A DNA stretch of 64,000 nucleotides. Source: an uncultured delta proteobacterium. GTDB taxonomy: Bacteria > Myxococcota_A > Polyangia > Fen-1088. A program made the translations under genes and the position numbers. Shown piece after piece: positions 1 through 7,842 of the stretch. How positions within the stretch are numbered: position 1 is the stretch's first letter; each line of letters opens with the position of its first letter. The DNA lies in NCBI GenBank assembly GCA_963767925.1, contig CAVYGB010000008.1, forward strand, positions 1,056,001 through 1,120,000, read 5' to 3'. Under the pieces are notes generated by a model. The model was not told the DNA's origin, did no database searches, and saw nothing but the letters and a program-made list of their open reading frames with translations.

Positions 1-362
1 TCCAGGCGCAGCCCCCGCTGCCAGAGATCGCGCCAGACGAAGGCCTGCAGGCCCAGGAAGCCCGCGCTGGCCGCCCAGGCCAGGACCAGCCCGCCCGGGC
101 CCACCCGGCGACCCTGCCGGGACTGCTGGCGCGCCCGCTCCAGCCGGTAGCTCGCCAGGGCCATCAGGCCGGTGGCCAGCGCCGGCAACCCCAGGGGCAA
201 GGTGGGCAGGTCGGCGGGGGGCCAGGCGGTCGAACGGACCCGCACCAGCCCATAAGAGAAGAAGAGGGCCGCAAACAGCATCGCCCAGGAGGCCAGGAAC
301 AGGGTCATGCCCAGCAGGGCCGTCGTCTCCTGGTGCTGGCCGTCGGCACGGGCGGTGGCCAT
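1..362 (-). CDS. Cytochrome c oxidase subunit III-like protein, second copy (3' end runs off the window)
   Basis: Not in the ORF track. Read manually from ATG 362: MATARADGQHQETTALLGMTLFLASWAMLFAALFFSYGLVR...WPP, a COX3-type first helix. The start overlaps the subunit I stop (TGATG). Confidence 0.8.
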   Translation of the reverse strand, partial: MATARADGQHQETTALLGMTLFLASWAMLFAALFFSYGLVRVRSTAWPPADLPTLPLGLPALATGLMALASYRLERARQQSRQGRRVGPGGLVLAWAASAGFLGLQAFVWRDLWQRGLRL

Positions 363-2125
363 CAGGTTCCTCCGGCGGCCGCCGGCCGCCCCTCGGGCAG
401 GTCCTCGGTCTGGGCGATCCAGTCGCGGCCCAGGGTCGCCTTCACGGCGGGGTTGGACAGCTCGTGGGGTCCCCGCACCACGGTGGGGATGGGATCGAAG
501 TTGTGGACCGGGGGCGGGGAGGGCACCGTCCACTCGAGGGTGCCGACCTTCCAGGGGTTGGCCTCGGCGTTGGGCTTGCGAAAGACGTTGGCGAAGAAGT
601 TCACGACGAACAGGAGCTGGCTCGCCCCCAGGGCGAAGGCGAAGTAGCTCGTCAGGCGGTTGAGCGGGGCCAGGTGTTTGAGGAAGCCGTACTGGTGGGG
701 ATCCCAGAGCCGGCGGGGCTGCCCGGCGTACCCCGTGAAGAGCTGCCCGCAAAACAGCAGGGTGATGAACACGAGCGAGAGCCAGAAGTGGACCTTGCCC
801 AGCCGCTCGTCGAGCATCCGGCCGAACATCTTGGGGAACCAGAAGTGGATGGCGGCGAAGATGGCGAGGAAGGTGGCCGCCGCCATGATGAGGTGGAAGT
901 GCCCCACCACGAACATGGTGTCGTGCAGGTAGAGGTCGGTGGAGATAGTCGCCAGGTATAGGCCGGTCAGCCCCCCGATGGCGAACACCCAGACCACCCC
1001 CAGCGTGAACAACATCGGCGTCGAGGTGCGCATCGACCCCTTCCAGATGGTGTGCAGCCAGTTCAGGAACAGCAGCTCGGCGGGGGCGCTGATGATGAGG
1101 GTCAAGGTCATGAACGCCTTGCCCAGCATGGGGTTCATCCCGGTCGTGAACATGTGGTGCCCGTACACGACCGCCGAGAGCACGGTGATGAGGACCATGG
1201 CTCCCACCGAGCCCTTGTACCAGTAGGCGGGCTTGCGGGAGAAGAAGGCCACCAGGTCGCCGGTGAACCCCCAGGCCGGCAGGATCAGGATGTAGACCTC
1301 CGGGTGCCCGAAGATCCAGAACAGGTGCTGGAACAGGATGGGGTCGCCGCCGCCCCGCACCGAGGCGGCGCCGGCGATGAAGAACTGGGTCCCCAGCTCG
1401 CGATCGCTGAGCAGCAGCAAGGTCGCCGCCCCGAGCACGGGCACGAACAGGATGTTGAGGATCGACGTGAGCCACAGCCCCCAGACGGTCAGCGGCATCC
1501 GCAGGTAGGTCATCCCTGGCGCCCGGAAGCGGATGACCGTCACGACGTAGTTGATGGCTCCCATCACGGTGGCCACACCGGTGAAGAACAGCGCCGCCAC
1601 GACCAGGGTCTGCCCCATCCCGGGGGTGCCCACCCGGGTGGCGAGCGGCGGGTAGGTGGTCCAGCCGGCGGCGGCCGAGCCGAGCTGCACGAGGAAGGAG
1701 GCCACCACCAGGCAGAGCGACAGGGCGAAGGTCCAGAACGAGAGCATGTTGAGCCGGGGGAAGGCCATGTCCCGGGCCCCGATCATGAGGGGGATGGTGA
1801 AGTTGCCGAAGGCCCCGATCAGCAGCGGCGTCACGGCGAAGAAGATCATCACCAGGCCGTGCATCGTGAAGATGGCGTTGTAGGCCGCCGGGGAGATGAC
1901 CCCGCCCGATCGACTCAGCAGGAGGTCGCCCACCAGGGGGACCTTCTGGCCGGGATAGGCCCACTGCCAGCGGATGAGCATCGCCAGCAGGCCCCCGAAC
2001 AGCAGGAAGAGCAGCCCCGACCAGAGGAACTGCTTGGCGATGACCTTGTGGTCGGTGGAAAAAACGTAGCGCCGGACGAACGAGGTCGGCGGCGGGTGGA
2101 TGGGCTGCAGCTCGTCGCCGGTCAT
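362..2125 (-). CDS. ctaD: Heme-copper oxidase subunit I, A1-type with atypical K-channel
   Basis: STDHK, FTMHG, GARDMAFPRLN, GWTTYPPL, WIFGHPEVY, GHHMF, HDT..VVGHFH, PRR. True start is ATG 2125 (ATGA overlap with subunit II), inside track ORF 362..2941. Confidence 0.95.
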   Translation of the reverse strand: MTGDELQPIHPPPTSFVRRYVFSTDHKVIAKQFLWSGLLFLLFGGLLAMLIRWQWAYPGQKVPLVGDLLLSRSGGVISPAAYNAIFTMHGLVMIFFAVTPLLIGAFGNFTIPLMIGARDMAFPRLNMLSFWTFALSLCLVVASFLVQLGSAAAGWTTYPPLATRVGTPGMGQTLVVAALFFTGVATVMGAINYVVTVIRFRAPGMTYLRMPLTVWGLWLTSILNILFVPVLGAATLLLLSDRELGTQFFIAGAASVRGGGDPILFQHLFWIFGHPEVYILILPAWGFTGDLVAFFSRKPAYWYKGSVGAMVLITVLSAVVYGHHMFTTGMNPMLGKAFMTLTLIISAPAELLFLNWLHTIWKGSMRTSTPMLFTLGVVWVFAIGGLTGLYLATISTDLYLHDTMFVVGHFHLIMAAATFLAIFAAIHFWFPKMFGRMLDERLGKVHFWLSLVFITLLFCGQLFTGYAGQPRRLWDPHQYGFLKHLAPLNRLTSYFAFALGASQLLFVVNFFANVFRKPNAEANPWKVGTLEWTVPSPPPVHNFDPIPTVVRGPHELSNPAVKATLGRDWIAQTEDLPEGRPAAAGGT

Positions 2126-2967
2126 GGTGTGGGGTGCCCCTCGCGATCGTGGTTGGCGTGGCTCTCGGAATGGTCCTCTCCGTGTTGCTCGGCGTGGGCG
2201 CCGTGGCTCCCCTTCCAGTTCCAGCCCCACTGGGCGCCCTTGTCGTTGGGGTCGAAGCTCTCGCTCGAGAGGGCCGAGGCCTCGGCGGCCCAGGCGGCGT
2301 AGGCCTCGGCGCTCAGCACGACGAGCCGACCACGCATCTTGTAGTGGTTGACCCCGCAGTGCTGGGCGCAGGCGATGTCGAAGGCGCCGGTCTCCTTGGC
2401 CTGGAACCAGAGGCGGTTGATCATGCCCGGCACGGCATCCTGCTTGACGCGGAAGTTGGGCAACGAGAAGCTGTGCAGGACGTCGGTGGCGGCGAGCTGC
2501 AACAAGATGGGGGTGCCCACCGGCACCCGGATGTCGTTCATGCTGACGATGTCGTCGCGGCTGTTGAACCGACCGTCCGGGCCGGGGTAGCGGGCGTCCC
2601 AGGCCCACTGGCGGGCGTTGATCTCGATGCGCACGGCCCGGGGATCGGCCTCCACCGCGTCGAAGTTCCAGAAGGCGGCGTCGAGGTCGCGCAGGCCGTT
2701 GACGAAGAGGTTCCCGTCCACCACCACGAAGATCAGCAGCGAGAGCCCCAGGGCCTTGACCGTCTGCTTGCGGGCGTTGCCCTCGTCGTATTCGGCCCGG
2801 TGCCGGGGGCCGTGGAAGAAGGCCGCCCACAGGATCCAGACCAGCGTGGCGCCGAACATGATGAGCACGAACACGGTCGTCGACTTCAGCAGCCAGTCGA
2901 CCCGCCACCCGTCGACCGAGGCGTCGTGGGGCAACCCCCACCAGCCGGTCGAGGCCAGGGCGGTCAT
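2122..2967 (-). CDS. ctaC: Cytochrome c oxidase subunit II (CuA), His-rich C-terminal tail, no fused cytochrome c
   Basis: Two TM helices, ARQWAW, DVLHSF, KQDAVPG and CuA motif CAQHCGVNHYKM. ATG 2967 overlaps the upstream stop. Confidence 0.93.
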   Translation of the reverse strand: MTALASTGWWGLPHDASVDGWRVDWLLKSTTVFVLIMFGATLVWILWAAFFHGPRHRAEYDEGNARKQTVKALGLSLLIFVVVDGNLFVNGLRDLDAAFWNFDAVEADPRAVRIEINARQWAWDARYPGPDGRFNSRDDIVSMNDIRVPVGTPILLQLAATDVLHSFSLPNFRVKQDAVPGMINRLWFQAKETGAFDIACAQHCGVNHYKMRGRLVVLSAEAYAAWAAEASALSSESFDPNDKGAQWGWNWKGSHGAHAEQHGEDHSESHANHDREGHPTP

Positions 2968-3167
2968 CGACCGCGCTCCAGCTTGCGCACCACCTTGAAG
3001 GCCACCGCCGCCACCAGGTAAGGCACCGCGACGAGGGCGCCCACGAGCGCCAGCACGCCGTTGCCCGGCCCCTCCCGGGCGGCGCAGGCCGGGCAGGCCA
3101 GCGCGGCGCCCGGAGTCAGGCAAATCGCCAGAGCGGCGAGGGCGGCCAGGGCCCGCAGGAGGGTCAT
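2964..3167 (-). CDS. Small (67 aa) exported/membrane CxxC protein inside the oxidase operon
   Basis: MTLLRALAALAALAICLTPGAALA-CPAC-AAREGPGNG, then a TM helix and basic tail. ATGA overlaps at both ends fill the gap between subunits IV and II exactly. Confidence 0.8.
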   Translation of the reverse strand: MTLLRALAALAALAICLTPGAALACPACAAREGPGNGVLALVGALVAVPYLVAAVAFKVVRKLERGR

Positions 3168-3484
3168 GGCCCCGCCCTCCAGGCCGCCTCGGCGATGAGC
3201 ACCCCCGCGAAGAGGGCGGGCAGCAAGAACGGGATCACGACCGTGAGCTTGAGACCCCGGGTCTCGGCAGACAGGTGCATGAACTGCATCAGCACGAGCC
3301 CCGCCTTGGCCAGGGCCATCAGCACCAGGGCGGCCACCAGGAGCCCCTGGCCGATCCCCGGGATGTACACCACCCCGATCTCCAGGGCGGTGAGCAGGGT
3401 GAGCAGGCCGAACACCTGGAGATAGCGGCGGCGCGGGCTTCCGGTCGGGCCGTGGCCGTGGTCGTGGGTCTGGCTGTGGATCAT
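3164..3484 (-). CDS. ctaF: Cytochrome c oxidase subunit IV (CtaF/CyoD family)
   Basis: MIHSQTHDHGH...YLQVFGLLTLLTALE...AKAGLVLMQFMHL; three TM helices; FMHL motif; ATGA overlap at 3481-3484. Confidence 0.85.
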   Translation of the reverse strand: MIHSQTHDHGHGPTGSPRRRYLQVFGLLTLLTALEIGVVYIPGIGQGLLVAALVLMALAKAGLVLMQFMHLSAETRGLKLTVVIPFLLPALFAGVLIAEAAWRAGP

Positions 3485-4149
3485 CGGCCGGCCCCCGGGG
3501 GCGGGCTGGGGATGAGGTACACGAAGGTGAAGACGAGGATCCAGACCAGGTCGACGAAGTGCCAGAACAGGCCGACGCTCTCGATGGCGTCGGCGCGGGC
3601 CTCGACCGAGGGGCTGCGCAGCACCCGCGCCAGCATGACCCCCAGCAGGACGACGCCGGTGAAGACGTGGGCCCCGTGAAAGCTGGTGATGGCATAGAAG
3701 GTTGTGGCCCGGTGCGAATGCCCGAGCTGCAGCCCGCTGCCCGCGAGCCCACCCCCCACGATCCCGAAGTATTCGTGGTACTGCCCGACGAGGAAGAGCA
3801 GCCCACCCAGCATGGTGAGGGCCAGGAACCGGGCGCTGGCGCCCCGATTGCCCTCCCGGGCGGCGGCCACTGCCAGGACCATCGTCACGCTCGAGCAGAT
3901 CAGCAGGAAGGTCAGCCCGGCGGTGAAGTTGATCCCCAGGGGGGGCTCGCCGGGGGGCCACCAGCGGACGGAGGCTGCGCGCAGCACGCCATAGGCGATC
4001 AGCAGCCCCGAAAAGGAGAACGCGTCGGAGATGAGGAACATCCACATCCCCAGCTTGAGCGCCGAGGCGCGGCCGACGAATCGCTCGGGAGGCCACTTCA
4101 CAGCGGCGGTCGGAGCAGGGGAGGTCACGACGTCGCGCTGCCATAGCAT
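3481..4149 (-). CDS. ctaE: Cytochrome c oxidase subunit III
   Basis: KLGMWMFLISD, LICSS, TFYAITSFHGAHV, GLFWHFVDLVWILVFTFVY. Exact start uncertain (may be a downstream GTG). Confidence 0.92.
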   Translation of the reverse strand: MLWQRDVVTSPAPTAAVKWPPERFVGRASALKLGMWMFLISDAFSFSGLLIAYGVLRAASVRWWPPGEPPLGINFTAGLTFLLICSSVTMVLAVAAAREGNRGASARFLALTMLGGLLFLVGQYHEYFGIVGGGLAGSGLQLGHSHRATTFYAITSFHGAHVFTGVVLLGVMLARVLRSPSVEARADAIESVGLFWHFVDLVWILVFTFVYLIPSPPPGAGR

Positions 4150-4214
4150 GCGCCGCTGCGGGCTCGCAAGGCAGACTCTTCTCGGAAGGGCGCCCGCCGA
4201 CGTATACCTGCCGC

Positions 4215-5573
4215 ATGGAGCGCGCGGAGGAAGACCCCTATCGGCTCACGGCGGCCGACGTGCTCGAGCCGCCCCGCAGCCTGCCCGAGATCCTCCGCCG
4301 CATCGGACCCGGGATGATCCTGGCCGCCGCCATCGTGGGCTCGGGCGAGCTGATCGCGACGACCACGCTGGGCGCCGAGGAGGGTTACCGCCTCCTCTGG
4401 CTCATCATCCTGTCCTGCCTGATCAAGCCCATCGTGCAGGCGGAGCTGGGCCGCTACACAATCGCCACCGGGGAGCCGACCCTGGAGAGCCTCAGCCGGG
4501 TGCCGGGGCCGCGCTGGAAGGTGGGCTGGGTGGCCTGGGGCTGGGCGATCACGGTCCTCATCACGCTGCTCCAGGTCGGGGCCATGTACGGAGGCGTGGC
4601 CCAGGTGATGGCCTTGCTGGTTCCGGCGGTGCCCGTGCGGGCCTGGGTCGGCGTGTTCCTCGTGGTGACCCTCTTGCTCCTGCTGGGCGGCGGCTACCGG
4701 CGGGTCGAGCGGCTGGCGGTGGTCAAGGTGGGGCTGTTCACCTTGCTGACCGTGCTGGCCGCGGTCTTGCTGGTGCGGCGGCCGGAGTTCTCCGTCGCCC
4801 CCCTCCTGCAGGGCTTGCGCTTCGATCTGCCGATCTACGGCGTGGCGACCGCGGTGGCCGTCTTCGGGATCACCGGCGTCGGCACCAACGAGCTGGCCAT
4901 GTACCCCTACTGGTGCGTCGAGAAGGGGTACGCCCGCTTCAGCGGACCGCGCGACGGCAGCGCGGCCTGGGTTCGTCGCGCGCGCGGCTGGATCCGGGTG
5001 ATGCATGTCGACATCGTCGTGTCGCTGCTGGTCTACACCCTGGCCACCATCGCCTTTTACCTGCTGGGGGCGGGGGTGCTGCACAGCCAGGGGCTGGTAC
5101 CCCGGGGCAGCGACCTCATCGTCGTGCTGTCGCGCATCTACACCGAGACCCTGGGCGCCTGGGCGCTGCCGGTGTTCTACGCCGGGGCCATCGTCACCCT
5201 CTACGGGACCATCTTCGCCGCCACCGCGGCCCACGCCCGCATCTATGCGGATCTGTTTCGCCTGATGGGCGCCTTTGCCCGCGAGGACTTCGCGGCCCGC
5301 AGCCGGTATCGGCGCCGCCTGACCTGGGCCCTGACCCTGGTGCCGGTGGGCCTCTATTACCTGTTCGAATCACCGGTGAAGATGGTCGTCATCGGCGCTC
5401 TGGCGCAGTCGTTCATGCTGCCGGTGTTCGCCTTCGGAACCCTCTACCTGCAGCGCCGGCAGCTCCCGATCGAGCTGCGGCCCCGCCGCTTCGTGCGGGT
5501 GGCGCTCCTGCTGGCGGCCGTCGTCATCGCGCTGGTCATGTCCGTGTCGCTCGGAATCACCCTGCTCCGTTGA
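4215..5573 (+). CDS. Nramp-like (APC fold) divalent metal transporter
   Basis: GPGMILAAAIVGSGELIATT..GA..GY.LLW signature; about 11 TM helices. Confidence 0.8.
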   Translation: MERAEEDPYRLTAADVLEPPRSLPEILRRIGPGMILAAAIVGSGELIATTTLGAEEGYRLLWLIILSCLIKPIVQAELGRYTIATGEPTLESLSRVPGPRWKVGWVAWGWAITVLITLLQVGAMYGGVAQVMALLVPAVPVRAWVGVFLVVTLLLLLGGGYRRVERLAVVKVGLFTLLTVLAAVLLVRRPEFSVAPLLQGLRFDLPIYGVATAVAVFGITGVGTNELAMYPYWCVEKGYARFSGPRDGSAAWVRRARGWIRVMHVDIVVSLLVYTLATIAFYLLGAGVLHSQGLVPRGSDLIVVLSRIYTETLGAWALPVFYAGAIVTLYGTIFAATAAHARIYADLFRLMGAFAREDFAARSRYRRRLTWALTLVPVGLYYLFESPVKMVVIGALAQSFMLPVFAFGTLYLQRRQLPIELRPRRFVRVALLLAAVVIALVMSVSLGITLLR

Positions 5574-5621
5574 TAGCCCTGGGCTTGCCCGACGGGGGGT
5601 GCTAGCGTCCGGGCCCGTTGC

Positions 5622-6299
5622 ATGTCGGCGTCGCTTCCGCGGGAAAACCAGCCCGTCCAGACGGCACGCCGGCGGCGCTGGTCCTGGCGCTTCGCCGGTA
5701 GTGCGCTCTTCTGGGGCGCGATCGTGGCGATCGGTCTGATCGTCCCGATCGCCACCCGGGTGTGGCGATCCGCGCCGCCGCCGCTGCCGGTGCTGGGCAC
5801 CTTGCCGGCGTTCAGCCTCGTCGACCAGGACGGCCGCACCACCGGCTCGGCCGACCTGCGCGGCTACGTCTGGGTGGCGAGCTTCCTCTTTACCCGCTGC
5901 CCGACCATCTGTCCCGCGCTGATGACCACCCTCGGCCGCGTGCAGCACCGGGCGCGCGGCATCGAACACGGCTTCCGGCTGGTCAGCTTCAGCGTCGATC
6001 CCCAGCACGACACGCCCGAGCGCCTGGCGGCCTACGCCCGGCAGCACCGGGCCAGCCCGCGCATGTGGAGGTTTCTCACCGGTCCCTTCGCCAGCGTGCA
6101 AAAGACGGTGGTCGACGGGCTGAAGATCGCCATGGGCGAGGTCGAGGGCCAGCAGGACTTCGCCAGCATCATGCACGGGACCCACTTCGTCCTGGTCGAC
6201 CAGCAGGGACGCATCCGCGGCTACTACGACTCGACCGGCGCCGACGTCGTGGACCGCCTGCTCATCGACGCCTCCTTGCTCATCAACCGCGGCGACTGA
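5622..6299 (+). CDS. SCO1/SenC family copper chaperone
   Basis: N-terminal TM, FSLVDQDG, FTRCPTICP (CxxxC), SVDP..DTP, conserved His in MHGTHFVLVD. Confidence 0.93.
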   Translation: MSASLPRENQPVQTARRRRWSWRFAGSALFWGAIVAIGLIVPIATRVWRSAPPPLPVLGTLPAFSLVDQDGRTTGSADLRGYVWVASFLFTRCPTICPALMTTLGRVQHRARGIEHGFRLVSFSVDPQHDTPERLAAYARQHRASPRMWRFLTGPFASVQKTVVDGLKIAMGEVEGQQDFASIMHGTHFVLVDQQGRIRGYYDSTGADVVDRLLIDASLLINRGD

Positions 6300-6310
6300 G
6301 GAGGAGTCGG

Positions 6311-7640
6311 ATGGCCGAAGACCTGCAAGCCATGACCCGGGCCCGGTCGGTACGAGGCAAGCGCTTCGGCCGCTACCTCCTGCAGGAGCACCTGGCCTCG
6401 GGAGGCATGGCCGAGATCTTCCTGGCCCGCCTGCCCGGAGAGGGCGGCTTCGCCAAGGACCTGGTGCTCAAGATCCTGCAACAGCGCTACGCCGAGAGCC
6501 CGCAGGTCGTGCAGATGTTCATCGAGGAGGCGCGGCTGGGCGCGGAGCTCCGCCACCCCAACGTCGTCGACATCTACGAGAGCGGGGAGGAGAACGGGCT
6601 CCGCTTCATCGCCATGGAGTACATCGAGGGGCGCACGTTGACCGATTCTCGTGACCCGCGCCTTCGAGGTCTCGCAGCCGCTCCCCATCTCGTTCGCCGC
6701 CCACATCCTGGGGCAAGTCGCCGAGGGCCTAGCCTACCTCCAGGAAGGCCTACCGGGGCGGCCATACGCCCCCGGCCCGTCGGGGATCGTCCACCGCGAC
6801 ATCTCTCCGCCCAACATCCTCATCAGCTTCGCGGGCCACGCCAAGATAATCGATTTCGGCATCGCCCGTGCAGGCACCTCGGTCACCGTCGAGACGGGGG
6901 CACGGCCGGGCAAGTTGTCCTATATGTCTCCGGAGCAGGCGCAAGGGTTCCCCCTCGACGGGCGGTCCGACATCTTCTCCCTGGGAACCATCCTCTACGA
7001 GGTGACGCTGGGCCGACGCCTGTGGCGAGGGACCCCCGAGAGCGTGCTCCGCCGGATCGTTCACGAGGACCCCGAGCCGCCGACCTTCGTCAACCGGGCC
7101 TATCCTCCGACGCTCGAGCGGATCGTGCTGCGGGCCCTGGCCAAGCGTCCGGCCGATCGCTACGGCTCCGCCGGGGAGATGGCCCGGGACCTCGATCGCT
7201 TCCTCGGCGAAAGCGGTGAGCGGGTGGCTGATCGACACATCGCGCAGTTCATCCAGGGGCTCTACGTGCCCACCGCGCGCGTGAACGACGGCGGCAGCCA
7301 GCGGGCCCGCGACTTCCGCGACGAGGACGTCGCCCCCGATGAATACGATCAGCCGCTCGACTTCGACGGGCTTCGACCCCCGCCCGGCGTGGCGCACGCC
7401 CTTCGCGATTCGAACGTCTTCGACCTGGCGGCCCGGGCAGTGTCTGCGCCGCGGCAGGCGAGCGGAGTCCCCTGGGCCACGCCGCCTATCGGCGCCGCGG
7501 CGACGAGCCCCGAGCCGCTGACTCGTCTGTCCCTCGCGTCGGAGGAGCCGAGCTCCCGGGGGCGCCTGGCGGTGGGCATTCTGCTCATTTTGACGGCGCT
7601 CGTCCTCAGCGGCCTGTTTTTCGTCCTGAAAGGACCATGA
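6311..7640 (+). pseudogene. Hanks-type Ser/Thr protein kinase with C-terminal TM, split by a +1 frameshift near 6646 (real pseudogene or sequencing error)
   Basis: GAGGAG RBS then ATG 6311. First frame has GGMAEIF, VLK, FIEEAR, HPNVV, AMEYIEG. Second frame has HRDISPPN, DFG, YMSPEQ, DIFSLG. Removing one T from GATTCTC restores ...TDLVTRAFE. Confidence 0.85.
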
Positions 7641-7842
7641 AAGGTCCATGAGCAGGTCGAGAACAAAACTGCTAATTTGGGCAGGCCTGCGCCGCGGTCG
7701 CCTGCTCCTGTGTTTCCCTGTTGACCCGACCGCAACAGCACGTTGTCGCTTCAAAAAGCAAACGCGATGGTTATAGTAGCAACCCGGCTCTGCCGAAACC
7801 CTGTGGTAGGCTGGGCCGCGAGGTAGCCCCCGGAAATTACGG

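Noticed and set aside
362..2125. Calling the oxidase a nitric oxide reductase outright
   Set aside because: It retains the HPEVY cross-link Tyr, all CuB His ligands and the D-channel; the helix VIII Glu does not align by eye with the cNOR Glu, so function is left open.
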